Below, piece after piece: positions 20,805 through 30,231 of a DNA stretch of 64,000 nt; positions within the stretch are counted from its first letter, which is position 1; every line of letters starts with the position of its first letter. The stretch is from Blastocatellia bacterium (GTDB lineage: Bacteria > Acidobacteriota > Blastocatellia > UBA7656). The notes beneath the pieces are model-generated. The model made no database searches, was not told the origin of the DNA, and saw only the letters and a list, made by a program, of their open reading frames with translations. Both the position numbers and the translations under genes were made by a program. The stretch is taken from positions 480,001 through 544,000 of the forward strand of contig CAVXWP010000007.1 of NCBI GenBank assembly GCA_963765495.1, read 5' to 3'.

Positions 20805-21713
20805 TCAACTCGGAACGCTTGACGCTTTCCCTGACTTCTTTGTCATCGCGACGATTTGTTGCTCCGATTCCTTTTCAGATTCCGCAAGCAAACCGTCTAA
20901 CTGCTTTTTCAGATCGGCCACTTTGATGACTCCCTTGTAGGCCGCAATGATCTTGCCTTCACGACCGATGACGAGAGTGCCGGGCAAAGCGGAACCTAGC
21001 CCCAGCCGCTGCATGTCTTCGGCCGTCGCCCCAAGCCAGATCGGGAAATTGAGTTTGGCTTCTTTTATGAACTGCATTACTTTTTGTTTGTCTTCGGATT
21101 TGTCGGATGCCGCGCCGATTACCTGTACGCCCAACGCCGCATACTGATTTTGAATAGTTACGAGATCAGGCATCTCTTTACGGCAGGGAACACAGTAAGT
21201 AGCCCAGAAGTTCAGCACAACTATCCGCCCGCGATAGGCGCTCAGGTGTTGCTCGACTCCGAAGAGGTCTTTGAGCGTAAGCTCGGCATCGGTGCCGATG
21301 ACGTTCACCTCCGGTTCGGTTGCCGCAATTGGCTCTCGAAGCACAGCGAGCGTATCAACCTTGATGTAGTGCCTGTCCTTCTTCTTGCCCAGAGTGCCTG
21401 TAACCTCGATTCGCTTCCCAACGTAACCGAGCCAGTTTTTTTCAGGCCGTTTGAATTTGTCTGTTTGCAGTTCATAGAGTGTAAATCCGCCTTCGCTGTT
21501 TTCAACCGCGAGTAAAGTCGGGTCGCCATTTGCGACGCACTGCGCCGCCTGTTCCAGATCGGCGCGAGTGCCGTAGGGCACGGTCTTGCGATCCGCTTTC
21601 GCCCAGCAATCTTCGCAGCAGACTACCTCTCCTGTCAGTTTATCCGGCTGCCGTGCCGTCGCCTGAGAGAGCGAGGCAAGTATGAAGAAACCAATTAAAA
21701 ACATTCGATTCAT
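20805..21713 (-). CDS. Secreted TlpA/ResA-type redoxin with N-terminal Cys-rich OB-like domain
   Basis: RBS AGGAGA; signal peptide MNRMFLIGFF..; VCCEDCW; LNFWATYCVPCRKEMP thioredoxin motif. Confidence 0.88.
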   Translation of the reverse strand: MNRMFLIGFFILASLSQATARQPDKLTGEVVCCEDCWAKADRKTVPYGTRADLEQAAQCVANGDPTLLAVENSEGGFTLYELQTDKFKRPEKNWLGYVGKRIEVTGTLGKKKDRHYIKVDTLAVLREPIAATEPEVNVIGTDAELTLKDLFGVEQHLSAYRGRIVVLNFWATYCVPCRKEMPDLVTIQNQYAALGVQVIGAASDKSEDKQKVMQFIKEAKLNFPIWLGATAEDMQRLGLGSALPGTLVIGREGKIIAAYKGVIKVADLKKQLDGLLAESEKESEQQIVAMTKKSGKASSVPS

Positions 21714-21805
21714 TTGATAATCTCCTGAGTGAAAAGAGAATAATTCCAGCCATGTCTCAATTCGAGAGACAGGCAGTTTATCTGGCGTTACTCGTTTCGG
21801 GAGAT

Positions 21806-22177
21806 TTAAATGCGCAGAATGCACAAATGGTCGAGAGGGGGGTCTGAATATAAACGGGGTGCTCTTGTGCAGTGATAGTCAGTCGGGTTATCGCCCGGCT
21901 GATTGACGGCCTTCATCGGCGGCGCTTGATAGAAATGGCTGTCAATCTGTTTAGCTACGGACGAACGTTCCGGCATCAGGCTGCTCAGTGTGTGTGTGAT
22001 CGGGCAGCAATCGTCATAATCATAGCCGGTTACTGAGGTTATCGAATACGCGAGGCGCGTATGATGAGTTTCGGCGGTGTGCTCGCAGCAAAATATGACA
22101 CAAGCCACAAATATCCACGTGAAGCAAAGTGGCAGCATTAATGCGAGCAACTGTTTGGATGAGACTCGTGACAACAT
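21806..22177 (-). CDS. Small Cys/His-rich membrane-anchored protein (DUF2946-like leader of metal loci)
   Basis: TM helix, CCEH..HH, DDCCP, terminal PP..HLCILRI. Confidence 0.55.
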   Translation of the reverse strand: MLSRVSSKQLLALMLPLCFTWIFVACVIFCCEHTAETHHTRLAYSITSVTGYDYDDCCPITHTLSSLMPERSSVAKQIDSHFYQAPPMKAVNQPGDNPTDYHCTRAPRLYSDPPLDHLCILRI

Positions 22178-22562
22178 TGTGCTGAAAATATACCTCAATT
22201 GAATGCTTGCCTACAATCTCGGAGCGGATTCGATTGAGTTTGAAAGGGCAATGCAGCGGAGCCATTTAATACCAGACTTCTACAGGTCTTAACGAACCTT
22301 CTCAGACTCTTCACAAATTTTTGACACCATATTCAGTTGATGAGCGTTCTATTGTGTGAAGCATGGAGCAGAGCAGGTATCTTGAGCAGACATTGATGTC
22401 TCTTGCCTGATCGCGGAACTGATCTGAACAACATGCGCTCTTGATTGCGCGCAACAGTAATCAACCACCGATAGTCGTTTGCTATCTGTAAGGGATAAGT
22501 GCGCTCTGAATCCCGTGCCGAACATATAGTGCCCAAATCAACCGATGACGAGAGTAAAAGAC

Positions 22563-23165
22563 ATGCAGTACAAAACTTCAAACAGTCGAAAGATAATGTC
22601 GGTTGCGGTCGCAATCCTGTTAAGCATCCCGATCAATGCTTTTGGAGGCGACGGCAAGCGATAGATCAGATTGCACAGTCGATCACAACAAGAGCTTGAT
22701 GGTGACGACGACGATGATGATGACGATGATACCTCGACCGTTACGGGTGAAACTGCTCCCGTCGTTGTATCTGCCCGCGTCGCTTCATCCGTAGCGACTA
22801 CAGGCCAGGACTTTTACGTTGCGATAATACTAAACGGCGACGCCGAAATCTCATCTGCCGTCATCTCGCTCAACTATGATCCGAATATATTTGACGTAAA
22901 AGGGGTGCGCGACGGCGGATTGTTCCGTGCGGGAGGAAATACGGAGCCTCGCATAATAGAACAAAGCGGAAGGCTGACTGTGACGCTTGAGCGGCAACCA
23001 GAGCAGGGAGGGGTGCGCGCGCGCGGCCAGTTGTTGCTCATAGTATTTACGCCAAAAGGCCGGGGGCAATCATCGTTGAGCCTCGACAGCCAGACGGTCC
23101 TGTATTCGAAGGATGGCCGAATGATTCTGGTTAAACTAGAAAACGCGACGGTTGAAGCAAGATAG
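22563..23165 (+). pseudogene. Signal peptide + poly-Asp + cohesin-like domain interrupted by in-frame TAG (22662-22664)
   Basis: MQYKTSNSRKIMSVAVAILLSIPINAFGGDGKR* is in frame with ORF 22671..23165 (LNYDPNIFDVKGVRDG, GQLLLIVF cohesin-like strands). Confidence 0.55.
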
Positions 23166-23225
23166 AATCATCAACCCGGTGGTTCAATCGAGATGCTCTA
23201 CACTCTAATTGATAGTCGAGCTAAA

Positions 23226-23316
23226 CGTGATGTGTGATAGGCAATGCGCGATGCGCGATGCGAGAAAGCTCTCTCTTTTAACAGAAAAGCTTCTTTCACG
23301 GATCACGCATCACGCA
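23226..23316. repeat. Heptamer-armed palindrome (TGCGTGA family)
   Basis: ATGCGCGATGCGCGATGCGAGA..TCACGGATCACGCATCACGCA; core TCTTTTAACAG 23274-23284. Confidence 0.75.
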
Positions 23317-23361
23317 CACAGCACTTTCTCATTGCCGGTTGTTCTGATAAAAAGAACGGGT

Positions 23362-25740
23362 ATGTCGAAACCATTCCGCTTGATATTCTGGCTGGTTATT
23401 ATCTTTGGGCTGACCGTTACCGCCTGGGCGCAGATTCAAATCGGCACGGTAAAGGTTATAGTCACGGATTCAAGCGACGCGGTTTTGCCCAATGTCAGGA
23501 TCGTGCTTACCAATCCTGTTTCGGGTTATCAAACCCCTTCTTCGACCGATGAGCATGGCATCGCTACGTTGAATAACGTCCCGCTGGCGCGCTACATCTT
23601 GCGAGTAGAGACATCCGGGTTTCAAGTCTCGCAACAGAATGTCGCAGTTCGCTCAAACATACCCGTTACGGTTTATGTGACACTCGTGCCTGTCGGCGCG
23701 AGCGAGTCCGTCACCATTGGAGCAGGGAGAGATCTGGTTGAAAGGGGCGCGTTGACCACGGAGTCGGCGATAAGCAGCAGCCGAATCGAGCGCGTTCCAT
23801 CCATCACGGGCAGCCGCGACCTGCAACGATTGATTGCAACCACGCCGGGGTGGATGACGGAAAATAACGGTCTGCTTCACATACGCGGAGTTGATGACGG
23901 CATTCTGTATGTTATTGACGGCATCCCGACAGTCGACCGCCTCGACGCCGTTTCGGCGAGCGTGTTCGATACGGAGATGATCCAGTCTCTGAAGATAATA
24001 ACCGGCAATATCCCCGCCGAATTTGGCGGGCGCAGCGGCGCGGTTGTGATTATTCAACCAAAATCGGGTATCAACACGCCGATTGCGGGCGGCGTGAGCC
24101 TGGGCGGCGGAACTTTTCACGCGGGCGAAATCGCTTATTCGCTCGGCGGGAGCATAAACAGGAAACTGGGCTTTTTTATAAATAACTCGGCCAGCCGCTC
24201 CGACCGCTTTCTTGATCCCGTAGACTTTCGCAACTTCAATAATCGCGGCGGGACGTTCAAACTCAACCTGAGAGCCGACTGGCATCCTTTAACAAACGAC
24301 ACCCTGCTCTTCAACCTTTCGGTCAACGGGACAAACTTTCGTGTGCCGAATGATTTAGAGCAGGAACTGGCAGGGCAGCGCGAGCGGCAACAGCTTAGAG
24401 ATAACAGTCAATCTATAAGCTGGCAGCACGTATGGTCTGCGGCCACAGTAGGAGACTTCGCCTGTTTCCACAGGTTCTATCGCTCCAGGCTGACCGGCAG
24501 CCAGTTTGACATACCGATATTTGCAAATCAGGACCGCGAGCATACGCGTCAAGGGGTTATCGCCAGTCTGTCTCATTTCTCACACGGCCATATTTTAAAG
24601 GCTGGGTTTGAGGCTACGCGCACCTCGGTTCGTGAATTCTTCACCTTTGCGATTACTGACCGGGATGCGGCCGAAGAGCGAGAAGTCAGCGAGCCAGTCC
24701 GGGCGTTTGACCCCGCCAATCCATTTATATTTCAGGATCGCAGAATCGGCGGATACCTGTCCGGCTATGTTCAAGACTCTTTTTCCGCGTTCAGGAATTT
24801 CACGATCAACGCCGGTTTGCGTTACGAGCATTCAAGTCTCCCTGTTGCAGACTACCAATTCAGCCCGCGCATCGGGGCCGCGTATTATATAGAGAGAATC
24901 AAAACGGCGATACGCGCTTCATTCAACCGGCTTTATATGCCGCCGCAAATCGAGAATCTGTTGTTATCGAATTCGGAAGCGGCTCGCCGCCTTTCACCTT
25001 TCGCCACCCCGCAGGCGGAAGGCGGAGCCGTGATCCGGCCTGAAAAAGTATCAGCCTGGGAAGTCGGTTTCTCGCAAGACATCCTTGGGATTTTTAGATT
25101 GGATATGGCTTACTGGTGGCGATCATTTCGCAATTTCGATGACCCGAATGCCTTCTTCAACACGACGATAATCTTTCCCAACAGCGTGGCCAGGGGAAAA
25201 GCGCGAGGGGTTGATGCGCGCGTTGATGTGCCTGAGCGAAAAGGGTGGTCGGGATATTTCAGCTACACAAACGCCCGCATTCTGCAAACAGGCCCGATAA
25301 ACGGCGGCCTGTTTCTGACCGATGATTTCGTAGAGATCGGACCGGGAACCGATTTTATCCCCGATCACGATCAACGAAACGTAGGCGCGTTCGGCATCAC
25401 CTATTACAATCACGCGACAGGATTATGGGCCTCGTTTTCAGGGCGCTATGAGAGCGGCGTCCCCCTCGAAGTCGAACCCGAACGGCTCGAAGAACTTAGT
25501 AACCTGCCCGGCTCGGACCTTGTTGATTTCACGCGCAGTCGTGTAAAGCCGTGGAAAGCGTTTGACCTTGCGGCGGGAATTGATCTGTTTCGCGATGAAC
25601 GGGTAACGGTCGGCTCGCAGTTTGTGATAGAGAACATAGCCAACGAAAAGTTTGTCTATAATTTTGGCAGCCCGTTTGAAGGAACGCATTTCGGTCATCC
25701 CCGACTCTGGGGAGGGCGATTGAAACTCACCTTTCACTGA
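23362..25740 (+). CDS. TonB-dependent receptor with N-terminal carboxypeptidase-regulatory-like domain
   Basis: Signal peptide MSKPFRLIFW..AWA; plug motifs HIRG/YVIDGIP/PAEFGGR; FSPRIG; C-terminal LKLTF; start moved to 23362. Confidence 0.9.
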   Translation: MSKPFRLIFWLVIIFGLTVTAWAQIQIGTVKVIVTDSSDAVLPNVRIVLTNPVSGYQTPSSTDEHGIATLNNVPLARYILRVETSGFQVSQQNVAVRSNIPVTVYVTLVPVGASESVTIGAGRDLVERGALTTESAISSSRIERVPSITGSRDLQRLIATTPGWMTENNGLLHIRGVDDGILYVIDGIPTVDRLDAVSASVFDTEMIQSLKIITGNIPAEFGGRSGAVVIIQPKSGINTPIAGGVSLGGGTFHAGEIAYSLGGSINRKLGFFINNSASRSDRFLDPVDFRNFNNRGGTFKLNLRADWHPLTNDTLLFNLSVNGTNFRVPNDLEQELAGQRERQQLRDNSQSISWQHVWSAATVGDFACFHRFYRSRLTGSQFDIPIFANQDREHTRQGVIASLSHFSHGHILKAGFEATRTSVREFFTFAITDRDAAEEREVSEPVRAFDPANPFIFQDRRIGGYLSGYVQDSFSAFRNFTINAGLRYEHSSLPVADYQFSPRIGAAYYIERIKTAIRASFNRLYMPPQIENLLLSNSEAARRLSPFATPQAEGGAVIRPEKVSAWEVGFSQDILGIFRLDMAYWWRSFRNFDDPNAFFNTTIIFPNSVARGKARGVDARVDVPERKGWSGYFSYTNARILQTGPINGGLFLTDDFVEIGPGTDFIPDHDQRNVGAFGITYYNHATGLWASFSGRYESGVPLEVEPERLEELSNLPGSDLVDFTRSRVKPWKAFDLAAGIDLFRDERVTVGSQFVIENIANEKFVYNFGSPFEGTHFGHPRLWGGRLKLTFH

Positions 25741-25751
25741 GACTCTCCTGG

Positions 25752-25836
25752 TGCGCGATACGCGATGCGTGATTAACCGGGCTCACAAGTTGTCTTTTAC
25801 AGGCAAGCTACCTAAGAGCCACGCATCGCGCATCAC
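25752..25836. repeat. Heptamer-armed palindrome (TGCGTGA family)
   Basis: GCGATACGCGATGCGTGA..CACGCATCGCGCATCAC; core GTCTTTTACAGG 25792-25803. Confidence 0.75.
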
Positions 25837-25977
25837 TTCGGTGATCTTCACATCTCGTCGCGTGCTGTGATAAATTCGAGGGTCTTCCGATAAGGGAGAG
25901 ATCGAAACCGAGGGGACAGGTTGTTTCAATCTGACTCTCTATTTCGATCACAGCCCGCGATGTTTTCTTGACGGCTT

Positions 25978-26253
25978 ATGATGGTGGCCAGACGTTTCAT
26001 AGTCAGGGGCAGAGTTCAGGGGGTGGGCTTTCGATACTTCGCCCTTCGCCGCGCGCGAGACCTTGCCCTGACAGGCACGGTGCGCAACCTGCCGGACGGC
26101 TCTGTCGAGGCTGTCGCCGAAGGTTCTCTGGATGCGATAGCAGGTTTTCGCGCGGAGCTTGAACATGGCCCTTCCTATTCGCACGTCACTTCGGTTGATG
26201 AGTTCGAGGCCCCACTTACCGGGCGCTATAAGGATTTCGATGTTGTTTATTGA
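25978..26253 (+). CDS. acyP: Acylphosphatase
   Basis: GRVQGVGFR and G.VRNLPDGSVE motifs. Confidence 0.93.
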   Translation: MMVARRFIVRGRVQGVGFRYFALRRARDLALTGTVRNLPDGSVEAVAEGSLDAIAGFRAELEHGPSYSHVTSVDEFEAPLTGRYKDFDVVY

Positions 26254-26311
26254 GCCTGACAATCGGCAACCGGATTGGGTATTCATCTTTAATTTTTAGG
26301 GGAGGAAATCT

Positions 26312-26830
26312 GTGGATAATCTGAAAAAAATGATTCGAACTGTGCCTGACTTTCCAAAGCCGGGCATACAGTTTTACGACATAACGACTCTGCTCAAGGA
26401 ACCATACGGATTGCGTACGACGATTGATCGGCTGACCGAATTCGTGGACCGCCCCATAGACACCGTTATTGGCATAGAAGCGCGAGGCTTTATCTTTGCG
26501 CCCGCGCTTGCATACAGGCTGGGGGCCGGTTTCGTGCCCGTTCGCAAACCGAAAAAACTGCCTGCCGCTACAGAGACCATCTCTTATGCGCTGGAATACG
26601 GGACCGACACGCTTGAGATACACCGCGACGCAATCGGGGCAGGCAACCGTGTGCTGATAGCCGACGATTTGCTCGCAACCGGAGGCACCGCCAAGGCTGT
26701 CGTTGATCTGGTGGAACGTCTTGGCGGCACGGTCGCGGGACTGGCCTTCGTCGTCGAATTGAACTTCCTGAAAGGGCGCGACCGCCTCTCCGGGTACAAG
26801 GTCTCGTCGCTGCTTCGGTATGAGGATTAG
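26312..26830 (+). CDS. apt: Adenine phosphoribosyltransferase
   Basis: [26 protein letters not shown] and DDLLATGGT motifs. Confidence 0.96.
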   Translation: MDNLKKMIRTVPDFPKPGIQFYDITTLLKEPYGLRTTIDRLTEFVDRPIDTVIGIEARGFIFAPALAYRLGAGFVPVRKPKKLPAATETISYALEYGTDTLEIHRDAIGAGNRVLIADDLLATGGTAKAVVDLVERLGGTVAGLAFVVELNFLKGRDRLSGYKVSSLLRYED

Positions 26831-26877
26831 CAATTCCTGGACAGGCTGAAAGTTTATCTGATAAGTTAACATTCTGT

Positions 26878-26954
26878 GCTCCCGTAGCTCAGTTGCATAG
26901 AGCGCGCGCCTCCTAAGCGCGAGGCCGCTGGTTGGAATCCAGCCGGGAGCACCA
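26878..26954 (+). tRNA. tRNA-Arg(CCT)
   Basis: Acceptor stem GCTCCCG/CGGGAGC, D stem GCTC/GAGC, anticodon stem CGCGC-CTCCTAA-GCGCG, T stem GCTGG/CCAGC, encoded CCA. Confidence 0.92.
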
Positions 26955-27094
26955 CTCATACTCAGGCTCAAGGCTATTTACACTGCGTCAAAATTGCAGA
27001 TGCCGGACTCTAGCAAACTGCTCTCTTACCAGGCACAAGAGCGCAACGAAACCGATTTGCGCGACTGTCGCTTGAATTCGGATGAGAGGCTGTC

Positions 27095-27559
27095 ATGAAA
27101 GAGACTACCTATGACAAGGGCAATATCAGTGAGTCAATACTATTGCAGGCATATTTGAAGGCTGGGTTTATCGTCTCAATTCCATTTGGCAGCGGCGCCC
27201 CTTACGATCTATTGGTGGATACCGGATCAACTGTTTTAAAGATACAGGTCAAAACAGGATGGTACAGAAAAGGATGCGTTATCTTTCGCGGTAATCGGAG
27301 AGTTAGAGAAGCGTTACCCTATAAAGCCAGGGCTTATGCCGAAAACGAAGTAGACTTTTTCGCGGTCTTTTATCCTCCTACGGAATCCATCTATGTGGTT
27401 CCGCGCGCCGTGTGTGCTAATGGCTTTGGCTGTCTCCGTCTCGAACCTGTCCTCAACGGCCAGCAAAAACTCATACGGTGGGCCAGCGATTTTACGTGGG
27501 AAAAACACCTCACGCAATTGCAGCAAGATAGAGGCTCTGCCGTGTCGATTTCAACGTAA
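27095..27559 (+). CDS. PD-(D/E)XK endonuclease (group I intron-associated / PDDEXK_5-like)
   Basis: KG.ISE, PFG..PYDLLVD, KIQVKTG and Y...EVDFFAVF motifs. Confidence 0.8.
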   Translation: MKETTYDKGNISESILLQAYLKAGFIVSIPFGSGAPYDLLVDTGSTVLKIQVKTGWYRKGCVIFRGNRRVREALPYKARAYAENEVDFFAVFYPPTESIYVVPRAVCANGFGCLRLEPVLNGQQKLIRWASDFTWEKHLTQLQQDRGSAVSIST

Positions 27560-27567
27560 GGATATAA

Positions 27568-27910
27568 ATGTCTGCCGATGAGATACTGAGCGAAGTCCGA
27601 CAGTTTCGCATGCTCGAGCAGGTGATGCAATGGGCCTTTGCCCGGGTGCCGCCCGCAGAACTTCAAACGGTCATCACTCAGGATGAATTCACGCACGATA
27701 TAGTACTCCGCCTGACGCCTGAACTCTTCCTGAATTTCGATGCCACATGACTTGGCGCAGTCAGGGCGGTCGCTCTCTACGATCACGCGCCGGAGGCGGA
27801 CGAATTGCTAAAGGATCGGCTTGACAAGGGGGTGGGTTCCTACTCCGACCCCCTTGCGCGAAGGCGATCAGATACTGGGGCATGCCGCGTGTCTTTACAA
27901 GGCTAAATAA
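27568..27910 (+). CDS. Hypothetical protein; annotated part 27568..27750, probable UGA readthrough to about 27910
   Basis: QDEFTHDIV..FDAT-TGA-LGAVRAVALYDHAPEADELL continues protein-like; G5 run at 27828-27832 shifts the tail frame. Confidence 0.5.
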
Positions 27911-27925
27911 CTCAGAGGCTCTCAA

Positions 27926-29335
27926 ATGAAAAAGACAATCCTGTTTATCTTGATTTCATCTATGCTGCTTTCAGTTGCTGCTTTGTCTGCTCAAAAGCGA
28001 GCACAATCGCATGCTTCGCCAGACCAGTCAGGTGGCGCGCTCAATTCCGAGATTCAAAAGATAGTACGGGAAATATCGGCGGCAAACATCGAAGCCACGA
28101 TCAAGAAACTCGTAAGCTTTCACACCCGCCACACGCTCTCAGAGACCGAAAGCGACACTCGCGGAATAGGCGCGGCCCGCCGATGGATCAAGTCCGAGTT
28201 CGAGCGCTACAGTCGAGAATCGGGCGGACGTTTGCAGGTCGAGTTCGATGAATATACTCAGGAAGCGGGGGGGCAGATACCTGCTCCGACAAAGATCGTC
28301 AACGTAGTCGCAACGCTCCCGGGAGCGCAGGCGGAAGCGAAGGACAGACTTTATGTCGTCAGCGGGCATTATGATTCGCGGGCTTCCGAACTCAATGACA
28401 CGACGAGCGCCGCCCCCGGAGCCAATGATGACGCATCAGGCACAGCCGCCGTGATGGAGATGGCCCGCGTGATGTCCAAATACAAGTTCGACGCCACCCT
28501 GGTCTTTATGGCCGTCGCAGCCGAGGAACAGGGGCTCTACGGCTCGACGCACTGGGCCGAAACAGCAAAACAAAAAAACATGAACGTGGCCGGTATGATC
28601 ACAAACGACATCATAGGCAGTTCGCACGCCGAAGACGGACGCCGGGACAACACACACGTCCGGCTCTTTGCCGAAGGCGTGCCTCCGGTAAAAGAGATGT
28701 CGGGGGATCTTCGCTCGCTCGTCAGGACCGGCGGAGAAAACGACAGCCCGGCCCGAGAGCTTGCCCGCTACATAAAGGAGACGGGTGAGAAATATGTCTC
28801 CAACATGACTGTGAATATCATCTATCGCCGTGATCGCTATCTGCGCGGCGGCGATCATTCGCCTTTTCTCGACCGAGGTTATGCGGCGGTGCGGATGACC
28901 GAGCCTAACGAAGATTTCAGACATCAGCACCAGAACGTACGCAAAGAGAATGGAGTGCAATACGGCGACCTGCCTGAATTCGTAGACTTCGATTACATAG
29001 CGCAGGTGGCTCGAATCAACGCCTCGGCCCTTGCGAGTATGGCGCTTGCCCCCGCCTCCCCCGAAGATGTTCAGGTAGACACAAGGAGGCTTGAAAACGA
29101 CACTACGCTCAGCTGGGAGGCCAATAAAGAACCTGATCTTGCAGGTTACAAAATAGTGTGGCGCGAGACGACCGCACCTTTCTGGCAAAAGAGTATCTCT
29201 GTAGGAAATGTAGCCACATACAGTGTCAAAGGCGTATCGAAGGATAACTATCTGTTCGGCGTTCAGGCGGTTGATAAAGACGGCAACACAAGCGTAGCCG
29301 TTTACCCCCGCCCTTTTCGTCAACGAAGAAATTGA
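27926..29335 (+). CDS. Secreted M28-family metallopeptidase with C-terminal Fn3-like domain
   Basis: SGHYDS, PGANDDASG, AEEQGL and GGDHSPF motifs; signal peptide. Confidence 0.9.
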   Translation: MKKTILFILISSMLLSVAALSAQKRAQSHASPDQSGGALNSEIQKIVREISAANIEATIKKLVSFHTRHTLSETESDTRGIGAARRWIKSEFERYSRESGGRLQVEFDEYTQEAGGQIPAPTKIVNVVATLPGAQAEAKDRLYVVSGHYDSRASELNDTTSAAPGANDDASGTAAVMEMARVMSKYKFDATLVFMAVAAEEQGLYGSTHWAETAKQKNMNVAGMITNDIIGSSHAEDGRRDNTHVRLFAEGVPPVKEMSGDLRSLVRTGGENDSPARELARYIKETGEKYVSNMTVNIIYRRDRYLRGGDHSPFLDRGYAAVRMTEPNEDFRHQHQNVRKENGVQYGDLPEFVDFDYIAQVARINASALASMALAPASPEDVQVDTRRLENDTTLSWEANKEPDLAGYKIVWRETTAPFWQKSISVGNVATYSVKGVSKDNYLFGVQAVDKDGNTSVAVYPRPFRQRRN

Positions 29336-29345
29336 GAAAGGAGAA

Positions 29346-29434
29346 GTGATGCGAGATTCGTGATTCGTGATCTGAAAGACAGATGCCTTTCAACAGGAAC
29401 CTGCAAATCTCACAAATCAGGAATCTCGCATCGC
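29346..29434. repeat. Heptamer-armed palindrome (TGCGTGA/TTCGTGA family)
   Basis: GTGATGCGAGATTCGTGATTCGTGA..TCACAAATCAGGAATCTCGCATCGC; core CCTTTCAACAGG. Confidence 0.75.
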
Positions 29435-29440
29435 TGAATT

Positions 29441-30196
29441 ATGGAGATTACTAAACAAGGTGAAGAAGTGCGCGCGCTGCTCGAATCGGAGCGCAATGGT
29501 ATGCTTTGCACGTTATCAAAGAAGTTTGCGGGGTGGCCTTTCGGTTCGATAGCCCCTTATGCACTGTCGCTTGCGATGGAGCCGCTCATCTTGATCAGCG
29601 ATATAGCCGAACACACAAGAAACCTCCGCCAGGATGCCCGCGCAAGCCTGCTTGTCCAGGACGCGGCTGCGATCAAAGATCCACAATCCGGCTCTCGCGT
29701 GACGCTCATGGGTTATGCCGTACCCGTAAGCCAGCCGTATCTTGAATCGGCCAGCCGCCTCTATCTGGAATCGTTTCCAAACTCGGCTTCTTATTTCGAG
29801 GCCCACGATTTTTCGCTCTTTCAAATCAGGGTTTCCCACATTCGCTACATCGGCGGATTCGGAGAGATTTACTGGCTCGAAGGCAGCGACGTGGCAGACC
29901 CGGCTGCTGTTGCCGCTCTCGACCCCGTTGCCACGCACGCGGCAGGCATCTGTAGTCATATGAATGAAGATCACGCCGATGCGCTCATCGCGTATGCTGC
30001 GGCGTTTGCAGGTGTAGAGGCCGAGCGCGCCGAGATGATACACGTAGACAGCCGTGGGTTTGATATGGTGGCCGTAAAAGAAGGAACACACAAACATATA
30101 CGGATTGATTTTGAATCAGCCGTCACGACTACCGATGAAGTTCGCGCGGCGATGGTCGATATGGTCCGGCGCGCTCGACAGATGCTCGCGCGGTAG
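29441..30196 (+). CDS. HugZ-like heme-binding / pyridoxamine-oxidase-fold protein with DUF2470
   Basis: GWPFGS, ISDIAEHTRNL, RYIGGFG and HMNEDH motifs. Confidence 0.88.
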   Translation: MEITKQGEEVRALLESERNGMLCTLSKKFAGWPFGSIAPYALSLAMEPLILISDIAEHTRNLRQDARASLLVQDAAAIKDPQSGSRVTLMGYAVPVSQPYLESASRLYLESFPNSASYFEAHDFSLFQIRVSHIRYIGGFGEIYWLEGSDVADPAAVAALDPVATHAAGICSHMNEDHADALIAYAAAFAGVEAERAEMIHVDSRGFDMVAVKEGTHKHIRIDFESAVTTTDEVRAAMVDMVRRARQMLAR

Positions 30197-30231
30197 TCTG
30201 TAGAGATACAGGTGTGGTCGAAGTTTTATCT

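Noticed and set aside
26955-27925. Integrative element or prophage at tRNA-Arg
   Set aside because: No integrase, att duplication or phage genes seen
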